The notes below the pieces were generated by a model. The model made no database searches. It was given only the letters and a program-made list of their open reading frames with translations, and was not told the origin of the DNA. Source: Mobula hypostoma (taxonomy: Eukaryota). From it: DNA of 64,000 nucleotides. The first letter of the stretch is position 1; every line of letters begins with the position of its first letter. The DNA is taken from positions 242,236,001-242,300,000 of the forward strand of contig NC_086097.1 in the NCBI RefSeq assembly GCF_963921235.1, read 5' to 3'. Positions 52,939-64,000 of this stretch are shown here, piece by piece. The position numbers and the translations under genes were made by a program.

Positions 52939-53635
52939 TGTTGTAAGTGAAGAAACAGATTCAGTAGGGTCTCAAAGGCAAGGACTCTGGACACGCAGCC
53001 TTGGTAGTAAAGGATTTTATTTACAGAAGGCAAATGCGGGAAAATGACAACAGAAGCAACACGCACACGCGCAGAATTTACAGCAGTCGGATCGGCAATA
53101 AAACACACGCAGACAATTAATAACGAACGTGGGAAAATTGCGTGGGAACAAAGTACACGCACACGCACATACAACCAAGGGAAAAGTCAATACGATACCC
53201 GCCACCCCTTGAGTCTGTGCAGGCCCGGCTCTCTGCTTTTAGGGACAATAACCAACACTCTCAACCCTATTCAATGCACAGCTCACCAATAATTTCTCCA
53301 GCGCTGTTCCACGGTTCTCAGCCTGGAGTGAAGCAGGGTGGTCCCTCAGATGGCAAAGAGAGAGGGTCCAGCACACGTGGCACCCTTTATGATGCAGTAG
53401 GGCTGGAGGGTCCCGCCCAGGTAATTCACAGGGGGGGAATGGCTCGGTGCCAGCCGAGTTAAGCTGATTGCAACAGCCAACTGCCCGAGGCCAAGTACAA
53501 GGCTAATTAAAGGGGCCAATGGTTAGGTGTGCACTGATGGGTGAGGAGGGGTCAAACCTTGATTGGCAGGTAGCGTGTCTTTTGACCAGGTAATGGGCAG
53601 TGCTGTCACGTGACAGTCACGACCCCTCCGATACA
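52939..53635 (-). mobile_element. Solo LTR
   Basis: TG...CA termini; 5-bp TSD TATGG splitting a CR1 tail; minus-strand AATAAA near 53015-53021 and CCAAT-like boxes. Confidence 0.8.
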
Positions 53636-55378
53636 TATGGGAAGAAGGCAGGGGAGTGGGGATGACTGGAAGAATTGGATCAGATCATGATTGAGTGGCG
53701 GAGCAGACTCAATAGGCCGATATTGTGTGAGCTACATTTTCCAAGTTCAAAGTTCAAAGTGAATTTGTTATCAAAGTACAAATATGTCACTATATACTAC
53801 CTTGAAATTAATTTTTTTTTGCAGACATTTACTGGAAAATATATGAAAAACTATACATAAACAAAGACTGACAAACAACCAATGTGCAAATAAAAAACAA
53901 AAGAAGATCTACAGATATTGGAGATCCAAAAATGCACACAAAGTTCTGGAGGAACTCAGCAGGCCAGGCAGCATCTATGGAAAAAAGTAAACCGTCGATG
54001 TTTCGGGTCAAGACCCTTCAGCAGTCCTGAAGAAGGGTCTCCGACCAAAATTTTTACTTTTATCCATAGATGCTGCCTGGTTCCTCCAGTGTTTTGTGTG
54101 TAATGTAAGGCAAATTGTGCAAATAATAAAGAAGTAGATAAACAATAGAACATAGAATATTACAGCACAGTTCAAGCCCTTCGGCCCACAATGTTGTGCT
54201 AACCTTTTAACCTTCTCTAAGATCCATCTAACCCATCTTTCTACATTTTTCTCTCATTCATGTGCCTCTCTAAGAGTTTCTTAAATGCCCCTATCTACAT
54301 TTATCACCATCCCTGGCAGTGCATTCCATATGCCCAGCACTCTCTGAATAAAGAATTTACATTTGGTATCCCTTCCATACTTTCCTCTGATCGCATTAAA
54401 ATTATACCCCCCTTTGTATGAGCCATTTCTGCCTTGAGAAAAAAGTCTTTGGGTGTCTACTCTGTCTGTGCACACCTCTATCAGGTCACCTCGTCCTCCT
54501 TTGCTTCAAAGAGAGAAGCCCGAGCTCGCTCAACCTGTTGTCATAAAACATGCTGTCTAGTCCTGTCCTGGCAGCATCCTGGTAATCATCCTGTGCATCA
54601 GGGTTCCCAACATGGGGCCCATGGACCCCTCAATTAATGGGAGGGGTCCATGGCATAAAAAAGGGTTGGGAACCCCTGCTCTGCATCCTCTTTAAAACTC
54701 TAAATAATATTGAGAACATGAGTTGTGGAGTCCTTGAAAGTGAGTCTATAGGTTGTGAAATCAGTTCAGTGTTGAGGTGAGTGAAGTTATCCACACTGGT
54801 TCAGGAGCCTGACGGTCATGGGGTAATAACAGAGTGGATGTGGTGGGGTAATAACAGAGTGGATGTGGTAGGGTAATAACAGAATGGACAGAGTGGATGT
54901 GGCAAAGTTGTTTCCCATGATGGGGGAGTCTAGTACGAGAGGGCATGACCTAAGGATTGAAGGGCGCCCATTCAGAACAGAAATGCGAAGAAGTTTTTTT
55001 AGTCAGAGAGTGGTGAATCTATAGAATTTGTTGCCATGGGCAGCAGTGGAGGCCAAGTCATTGGGTGTATTTAAGGCAGAGATTGATAGGTATCTGAGTA
55101 GCCAGGGCATCAAAGGTTATGGTGAGAAGGCGGGGAGTGGGACTAAATGGGAGAATGGATCAGCTCATGAAAAAATGGCGGAGCAGACTCGATGGGCCAA
55201 GTGGCCGACTTCTGCTCCTTTGTCTTATGGTCTTATGGTCTTATGGTCTTACAATTTTTCCTGAACCTGGTGGTTTGGGACCTAAGGCATTTTGTCTGCC
55301 AGCCTGCTCTGAAATAATTATTGGTAAATACTTAACGCATTGATGGAACTTAATTAATCCTTCTCCTGTTATCCGCAG

Positions 55379-55524
55379 TAGATACAGTGGATCCTCAACA
55401 GGTTCTCAAGGAAATTACCCGGATGGTACACGACACTTTTAACGTGCACGCTGCCACAATTCAACTGGAGCAGTATTTGGATCAAGAACCAGATTGTGCT
55501 TTCTGCCAGGAACCCAAAGATTAA
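55379..55524 (+). CDS. SLC30A8: ZnT8-like terminal exon 8
   Basis: 146 nt after atccgcag, ending in TAA. Encodes VDTVDPQQVLKEITRMVHDTFNVHAATIQLEQYLDQEPDCAFCQEPKD*; the tail resembles ZnT8 DQDPDCLFCEDPCD. Confidence 0.93.
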
Positions 55525-55679
55525 AATTATATTAAGCACCTATGTCTTTTTCATAAGCTTATCTATGTTTAGTAAAGGCAGTTAAATTGGCCTTCAGGGC
55601 ATCCACTGTCCGTTAACAAATTCAAGAGACTGCATGTGATGGTTATCTAGAATCTAGCAAACAATAGTAAACATATTTG

Positions 55680-55685
55680 AATAAA
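55680..55685 (+). terminator. Candidate polyadenylation signal of the SLC30A8-like gene
   Basis: First AATAAA about 155 nt after the stop codon, followed by T-rich sequence. Confidence 0.5.
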
Positions 55686-55715
55686 AATTGCTTGTATTAT
55701 TTTACCTTAACAATA

Positions 55716-55870
55716 TACACTTAGTGGCTATTTTATTAGGTACACCTGCACACCTGCTTGTTAATGCAATTATCTAATCGGCCAATCACGTGGCAGCAAG
55801 TCAATGCATCAAAGCATGCAACGTGGTCAAGAGGTTCAGCTGTAATTCATACTAAACATCAAGAATGGGG
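55716..55870 (+). mobile_element. Tc1-like left-end fragment
   Basis: TA followed by cacttagtggctattttattaggtacacc, a Tc1-type terminus. Confidence 0.55.
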
Positions 55871-57394
55871 AAGCAACGTAGAATACTGCAAGTCTGGTTC
55901 ACTGTTTCAGAGGTGAAGCTGATGGCAGGGGAGCTGCATTTATTTATTTACTGAGATAGAGCACAGAACAGGCCCTTCTGACCTTTTGAGCCACACCGCC
56001 CAGCAACCCCTGATTTAATCCCTGCCTAATCGTGGAACAACTTAACAGTGGCCAATTACCCTGTCTACCGGGACATCTTTGAGGTTAATATAAACTAACC
56101 AGGAGCCAGATGGTGTAGGGGTAATAACTGTTCTGAACCTGGTTGTGTTGAACCTCAGGCATTTTGTCAGCTAACATGCTCTGTGTTTAATAAGCCTGCA
56201 TATAACACGAAAGCTGCTGGTGCGCAGAGGATTAAAGACTAAAGTTACAGGAAAAAATGATCAGCCGGTAGAGTTCAGTAGAGCAATGGCAGATGGAATT
56301 TAATGCTGATTCAAGCTGACATGAGGAAACTTAATAAAAAGTGGTCACTGGGTGCATGCATTCTACATTGGCTGAGATTTGTGTCAGTAAAGATGTCACA
56401 CAAGTGAACTCCAAGACTGCTACATCAACGGCTGTTGTTTCAACCAATCACACTGTACTTACTTAAAAAGTGCACTCCATTGCATTTTTTATTTCTGACC
56501 CAAATGAACGTGTAGTGAAACTTGGTTGAATTTTTCAAAGATCTTTCTAAGTACGTGAGTGCAGTTCTTTCTGAAGATATTTCAGTACGTAGCGGCAGTG
56601 TTTTCCAAAGGTATTTCTCAGTGCATAAATACAGTGTGGTTCATGTATGTAGATTGCTTGGGTTTCGTTAAGACAATTGACAAATCTACACGTGGAAGGC
56701 TGATAAAAGGTTGGGGCTAATGTGATCCAAGGTAAATTGACAAATTGGATTGGTAACAGGAGACAGAAAGTCATGGTGGAGTTTACTTCAATGACTAGAA
56801 GCCTGTGACCGGTGGTAAACCACAGGGATTAAACATTGGACCATTGTTATTTTATACATTCACTAATGACTTGTAGAGGTTAAAATGAGTTATCCAAGCC
56901 AGTTCAAGAGCCTGATGGTTGTAGGGTAATTACTGTTCCTGAATCTGATGGTGTGGAACCTAACGCATTTTGTCAGCTAACATGCTCTGTGTGTGCATAT
57001 AGGACAAAACTTGTGGATAACGGGTATTATAGATTCAATTTACAGAAAAAATGATCAGCTAGTATGTTAGGAAGATTAATGGCGGATGGAATTTAATGCA
57101 CAGAAGTAAAAAATGATAGATTTTGGAGGTCAAATTAGGGTAGGACATGCATAATGAGTGGTATGATCTTCTGGAGACAGAGTGGACTTTGTCAAAAAGC
57201 CCCTGAAGGTTGGTAAAGACAGCACGCTGGCATCCAGGGCGTAGAAGCATAGCGGCTAGCATTTTCATTTTCAGTCTCAGCAATCAAACGCATGTTCCCC
57301 CCACCACCACCCCCTACATTCTTCCAGGTGCTACTCTGCTCCTGTTTCTTCCCATATCCCAAAGACCTGCGGGCTATTAATTTGCGGGCATGAC

Positions 57395-57690
57395 CTTCAG
57401 TAGCGCAGTGGTTAGCGCATTGATTTACAGTATCAGTGACCTGGGTTCAATTCCCGCTGCTGCCTGTAAGGAGTTTGAACGTTCTCCCCGTGACTGCGTA
57501 GGTTTCCTCCGGGTGCTCCAGTTTCCTCCCACGGTCCAAAGATGTACTGGTTGGTAGGTTAATAGGTCGTTGTAAATTGTGCTGTGATTAGGCGAGGGTT
57601 AAATCGGGGGAGTGCTGGGTGGTGCAGCTCGAAGGGACAGAAGGCCCTAGTCCACGCTGAATGTCAATAAATAAGCAAATAAATAAATAG
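57395..57690 (+). mobile_element. tRNA-derived V-SINE/HE1-type SINE
   Basis: A-box tagcgcagtgg, B-box ggttcaattcc, central gtttcctccgggtgctccagtttcctccc, (aaat)n tail; many fragments elsewhere in the window. Confidence 0.8.
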
Positions 57691-57942
57691 TTGGCGCCAG
57701 AACATGTAGGCTGTCCCAGTGCACTGTATTGGTTGTTGACATAATGCATTTCACTGTATGTTTTGATGTACATGTGACAGATAAGCTAACCTTTAGTCTT
57801 TGGCGATAAAGATAGGAAAGTTATGGTGTACCTTTATAAACTATTGGTGGAATGCTGCGTACAGTTTTGATTATCGCAGCAAAGGAAGGTTGTGACATAC
57901 TGCAGAGGAGATTCACCAGGACGTTGGATGTTGCCTGGATGG

Positions 57943-60900
57943 GATCTTCCACCTGCGGCTCGACAGAGTAATACATAAATTTTGCGGCTGCCTTTAATTC
58001 CTCCTTTCCCCCAGTTTAAACCTTGAACTTTTAACTTTTATTTCTCGGATCTTAGAGGGAAATACGTTTGTAGTTGTCATGATGTCATATCCTTTAAGAA
58101 GTGGAAAACAGCCTTTTGAACCCAGCAATGGAAAGGGAAAAACTTTGAAAGAAAAATTGTAAGATATGACTGTCTGGGCTGAGCGTTTGGAACGTGTGTT
58201 GATGGCTCTCGACAACAAAATAGACAATAACACTTCTGAGTTGAAGTCATTCCGACAGAGTTTTCAGACTGTACAGGAAAATACTATTTCCTTGAATACT
58301 GAGTTTAAAGAATCAAGATGTCAGATTGTGGATATTTCAACCCGCTTGGAACAGGCTCGACATAAAATTGTTGTTTTAGAGGCGAAGTCTGGTCGGTATA
58401 ATATACGAATTATCGGACTGAAGGAAGGCTCTAACAGTGGGAATTTATTGGACTATTTTGCCAATTTGTTTCAATCTTTGTTTCCGGATATTCTACCTCA
58501 ACCTCCCGATATTGAAAGAGCTCATAGAATTTTCATATCGAATTCTCAGATTTCAGGTAAACCTCGGCCTATTTTGGTCAACTTCCTTCCCTTTAAAGTT
58601 AAAGACCAAATCATAAAATGTGCAAGGAAACAGAGAGTTTTTAAATTTAACGGTTCCGAGTTCCATTTTTACAAAGACTATCCACGGGAAATTATGGAAC
58701 AGCAGATCAAATTTGCCCCAGCGATGAAAACTCCTGATGCAAAGGGACCTTTTCCATCGCTCCGCTACCCGGCTTGATTAAAATTATTTCCTAAAGATTC
58801 TACACCTTGTGTGTTTTCGGATTCCCAAGCGTCATTAGACTTTGTTAACTCTATCGTGAAGTTGGCTGACGCATGAAGGATATTTGGGTTGCTGAATAAT
58901 TTTCTGAAAGAAAACAGGCTTTGAAGACTTTTGATATGCTGAAGATCTCCTTTGATCGATGAACTATTTAAAGAAGAGGTGAACTTCTTGGTTTGACTAA
59001 TGAATGACTTTTTTGAAGTCTGTTTGGTATATGGAGTGAACTAACACAGTGGACAGATTATTAACTGGTTTGATTATCTGCTTCTTTCTTCCTTCTATTA
59101 ATTAAGTGATAGCGTTTGTAGTTTAGATAGACTCTTTCTTATATAGTGAAGAGTGTTTAGAATAGATAATTAGCTTTAGTTTTAAGCTAAAGGAATAATG
59201 GTGTCTTTTTCTTGTTAGAGATTGTATTGTTTAGGTTTAATAGCGTCGTTTTGATGCTCCTGGAGACTGTTTTTGCATTCCTAGTTTATTTTCAATGATT
59301 AGCTATAAACATCTTTTTTCTGCTTCTCTGCTGGGCTTTCTTATGATAGAAAGTGATTTCTTTGTAAAGGGGAGGGGGGAATTGGGAGAAAAACTTTTAA
59401 ATCACTATTAATATTGAGCTGCACGCGGAGTTCTGCGTTTCTCTTCTCCTTGGGGGGGGGCATTCCGGCTTTTTCCTTCCTTTTTGCCGGATTTCTACCT
59501 TTTGGGAAGGGGGGGAGGATTCGGGGTTTTTTTTTTGCATTTTGGGGTTTATTATAGGATTTTTTTTCCAGGTTTTTTCCCATTATGGAGTTCCGGAGCA
59601 TGCGTGTTTTCTATATGGTTATATTCATCACTGCCATCTTTGATTAGCCCACGATGGAATGCGTGTTTTTTCATGTTTAAAACAATATTCTATGGTTATT
59701 AAACAGATAAACGTTATTAGTTGGAACATACGGGGCTGGAATCACCCTATCAAGCGAAAGAAGACTTTTAAAATTATTAACCGATTCCAGCCTGATACAA
59801 TTTTTGTTCAAGAAACGCATATCAGAATGGGCGATCAAAATAGATTTTTTAAAACATGGAAGGGCCTTCAATATCATGCTACTTGTCAAAATAAAACAAA
59901 AAGAGTATCTATTTTTATTAAAGCTAATATTTTATTTATCCAAGAGGATATCGTCTCAGATATCAATGGTAGATCTTTAATTATTAAAGGAAAAATTTGT
60001 AAAAGAAAAATTGTCGGTTAATTTATATGGATCTAATATAGATGATCCGTTTTTTAAAAAAAATATATTTGGTTTATTACCAGTCTTAAATGAATATATA
60101 CTGCTGATGGGAGGTGACTTCAACTGTTGTTTAAACCCTTTGATTAACAAGATTTCAACCAATCAGCAGCTTCCAAGTTGATCAGCATCACTTATTATTT
60201 CCTTTTTAATTGATTATTGTTTGATAGAAATCTGGAGAAATCTACATCCTAATGATAGAGATTATTCTTTTTATTCACATGTCCATAAAAATACTTGTGA
60301 ATTGATTATTTCATAGTTGATTTCCGATTTTCGTCCAATGTCCAGAAATGTGAATATGATGCTATTGCTGTCTCGGATCATGCACCTTTAAGCTTAACTT
60401 TTGAATTGAATGATGTTAGTAATGTAAACTTGCCTTGGCGTTTTCCAGAAAACTTATTACAAAGTTTGGACTTTGTCAAATTTATAGATATTCAAATAAA
60501 GATTTTATTTCTTTTTAATAATATGAAATTGATTATATAGGATATACTTAAAGCGTATTTGCGAGGTCAGATAATTTTCTATTTGTCTAAGCTTAAGAAA
60601 CAGACAAAAATAGAGTTAGATAGGATTTCAGAACAAATTAAAGACTTGGATAACACTGCAGTTTCTCCTAATATTGATTTATTTAAACAAAGGGTTGAAC
60701 TTCAATCACAATATAATTTATTATTAACTTATCCTATTGAAAGAATTAAATTAAAAAGTCAATTTTATGTGTTTGGAGATAAAAGTAATAAGCTGCTAGC
60801 ATCCCAACTAAAAGCAGTTAGAGCTAAAAGACAAATTTTAAAAATCCGTAAGGGAGATGGTAGTTTAGCTTGTAACTATGAAGATATTAATAAAACTTTT

Positions 60901-63801
60901 CAAGACTATTACAGTGAACTCTATAAATCCCAGTTTCCAGCTGATCCTTCTAAAATGAATGCCTTTTTGCAAAAGATTGATTTCCCTAGAATATCTGTTG
61001 AAGATCAACAAATTCTTGATACTCCTTTTACTGAAAGAGAAATTCAGAAAGCTATTTTTTCAATGCAATCTGGTAAAGCTCCTGGACTAGATGGTTTTTC
61101 TGTAGGATTTTATTAAAAAATTTGAAAATTTGCTTACTCCTTATATGTTGGAAATGTTTAAAGATTGTTTTTTGTTAGGAGAGTTACCTTCTGCATTTTA
61201 TGAAGCTTCTACTTCTATAATTCTTAAAAAAGATAAAGACCCTACGGTTGTGCTTCATATAGACCTATCTCATTATTAAATGTAGATGCCAAAATTCTTT
61301 CAAAAATAATGGCTAATCGGTTGGAGAATATACTAGCTAAAATTATTTCTCAGTACCAAACAGGTTTTATAAAAGGCCGTTATTCTTTTTCTAACACTCG
61401 GAGACTGTTAAATGTTATATACTCATCCCCCTCGAAAACTCCTCAATGTGTTGTTTCTCTTGATGCTGAAAAGGCATTCAATAGAGTTGAATGGAAATAT
61501 TTATTTAACATTTTAGAGAAATTTAGCTTTGGTGCTAATTTTAATAAGTGGATTAGAATGATATATAAAAGTTCTATTGTCACTGTGATTACTAATAACT
61601 GTAGATCACCCTTTTTCGACTTTTGCAGGACTTGAGTCCTTTGTTATTTAATTTGGTGCTGGAACCTTTGGCTATTGCACTTTGTGAAGCTAAGGGTATT
61701 CAAGGAATTTCCATAATGGGATTATTCAAAAGATTTCCCTTTATGCTGATGATCTCTTAGTTTATATTTCAAATCCTGCAGAATCTATTCCTAGTTTATT
61801 GAAATTATTAAATGAATTTGGAAAGTTTTCAGGATATAAATTAAACCTGCATAAAAGTAAATTATTTCCTTTAAATGATTCTGCTTTTATATATAATGAT
61901 ATTCCTTTTAAAGTTACAGATTCTTTTAAATATTTAGGTATTATCATCACTAAAAATTATGGAGACCTTTACAGAGCTAATTTAGTTCCCTCAGTGGATT
62001 TTATGAAGCAATTATTTTCTAGATGGAATCCTCTTACACTTTCGTTAGTTGGTCGAATTCATGCAGGTAAAATGATGATCTTACCAAAATTTTTATATGT
62101 ATTTCAAAATATTCCTATTTTTTTAACTAAGAAGGTTTTTGATCAGGTTGACTCTATTATTTCATCTTTTTTTTGGAATAATAAAAGACCAAGAATTGGA
62201 AAATGTCATTTACAAAAATTAAAAAAGGATGGAGGTCTTACCTTGCCTAATTTAAGAATGTATTATTGGACAGTTAATATATGCTATGCGTGTTCTTGGT
62301 TATAGTGGACCAATAAAAATGAACATCCACTGTGGGTTGACTTGGAATTGAAAATTGTGAAACAATTTCACTTAAGTTCATTATTAGGAGCTTCTTTACC
62401 TGTACAACTAGCGAAAATTTCTATTTTAAATATTAATCTTATGATTAAGCAGTCATTACGAATTTGATACCAGTTTCGTAAGTTTTTTAGTCTTAAAAAA
62501 TTTAACCTTCTTAGTTTAATTTATCGAAAACTATTTATTTAAACCTTCACTTAGTGATCCTACCTTTTCCCTTTGGAGGAATAAAGTAATTTTTCCTTTA
62601 TGGATTTGTTTCAAGAAGGCCGATTGATGTCCTTTGAGAAATTAGTAACTAAATACTCAATTTCATACTCACCCTTTTGGAATATCTTCAGGTCAGACAT
62701 CTTTTACAAGAATATTTAAGTAATTTTCCATATATACAAGATTCTGACCTGTTAGACACTATTTTAAAAATCAACCCTTTAGTGAAAGGTTTTAGTGGGA
62801 AAATTTATAATTTACTATTACAACAGGATAATTATCCTCTATTTAAGATTAAGCAAGATTGGGAAAGAGAGCTTAACATGACCTTGATAACTGAGGATTG
62901 GTTGCGAATTTTGAAGTTGGTTAACTCTTCTTCGATTTGCGCCATTCATTCTTTGATTCAATTTAAAATTGTACATCGTTATTATTTGACAAAGGAGAGA
63001 CTGTCTAAAATATTTCCTAATGTTAATAGTTAGTGTGATAGATATAAAACTGAGACAGATACATTGACACATATGTTTTGGTCATGTTCTGTACTGAAAC
63101 AGTTTTGGAAATCTATTTTTTCTACAATTTCTAAAGCTTTAAAAATTAATTTACAACCTAATAAATTGACAGTTTTGTTTGGTATAATTCCTCAATATAT
63201 TCATGGTATTTCTATATCAGACCAATATGTTTTTGCATTTGTTACATTATTGGCTAGAAGGGCTATTTTATTAAAATGGAAAGATGCCTCTGCTCCCACT
63301 TTGATACAATGGTTCTCTCAGGTGGTGTTATGTCTTAGTTTGGAGAAAATCAGAAATCGAACTTTTGATCCTCGATTTGACTTTGAGAAAAGGTAGGGCT
63401 CTTTTGCCTGCTACTATCATTTGATTTGAGTTAATTAAGATGGTTCCCTTCTGATTCTTGGGTAAATGGATTTGGTTGGTAGATTGATGTCTTTTTTTAA
63501 TAGAAGCTTGTATGGCGTATAGCTCCGGGTTTGTGCTCCAAATGGTTTTTTCTTTCTCATTTTTTTGTTTGTTAGCTGGGTTTTTTTTTGTTTTAGTTAG
63601 TAGGGGTTCTTTTTCCTTCTTTCTTTTTTCAAAAAAAAATAGCTTTAACATTTTGTTTTTTTTTAAATTATTATTATTGATATACTGTTTAGCTTGGTTA
63701 ATAGATGGACTCTTATTATTCATATTGATATATTGACTTGATTATTTCAATGTATTTTTTGTTGTCAATTTTCAATAATAATTAATAAAAAGATTTAAAA
63801 A
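57943..63801 (+). mobile_element. Full-length decayed L1/Tx1-type LINE
   Basis: ORF1 (NIRIIGLKEG, IERAHR, PRPIL) at about 58080-58875; ORF2 endonuclease and RT (SWNIRG, QETH, GDFN, SDH, SLDAEKAF, YADD) at about 59690-63410; A-rich tail; TSD TGGATGTTGCCTGG(A/G)TGG at 57925-57942 and 63802-63819. Confidence 0.93.
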
Positions 63802-64000
63802 TGGATGTTGCCTGGGTGGAGTGTCTGAGAACCTGTCTGAGGAGAGACCGAACAAGCTAGATTGTTTCCGCTGAAGTGGAGGAGGCTGAGAGGAGACCTG
63901 AAAAGGCTGTATGGAACTATAATAGCTAAAAGAGGGCAGATAGCCCTAAACCTTTCCTCAGAGCAGAGGAAAGTCGATAATCAAATTGCATAGTTTAAGG

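Noticed and set aside
54820..54903. CRISPR-like array
   Set aside because: Identical tandem units without unique spacers, in vertebrate DNA with no cas genes.
8140..55524. Calling the gene SLC30A2
   Set aside because: The loop is ZnT2-like, but SVLISALII, LNY..VKE.ILAV, MNQ..LS.HVAT and DQ.PDC.FC fit ZnT8 better; a phylogeny is still needed.
63328..63736. Lys-rich and Phe-rich ORFs
   Set aside because: Low-complexity translation of the T-rich L1 3'UTR.

Overview
Vertebrate genomic DNA, very probably from a cartilaginous fish (shark/ray), judged from its CR1/HE1-type, Penelope, Rex1, RTE and L1 repeat landscape. The only host gene is a + strand SLC30A8 (ZnT8)-like zinc transporter. Coding exons 2-8 (8140-55524) splice through GT-AG introns into one open frame with intact HCH and HD-HD zinc motifs; exon 1 was not located. 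The rest is mostly nested, decayed transposable elements. The most unusual structures are: a TSD-flanked hAT element (29451-35091) whose KIAA1586/ZNF862-type transposase core is joined in frame to a Tigger/CENP-B DNA-binding domain; a TSD-flanked RTE-derived element whose 5' end folds into an HDV-like ribozyme topology; a Penelope-derived repeat family carrying minimal hammerhead ribozyme motifs, including palindromic double-ribozyme units; a four-TIR mariner palindrome; and a composite element bounded by two palindromic mini-MITEs. All family assignments come from motif recognition by eye, not from database searches.
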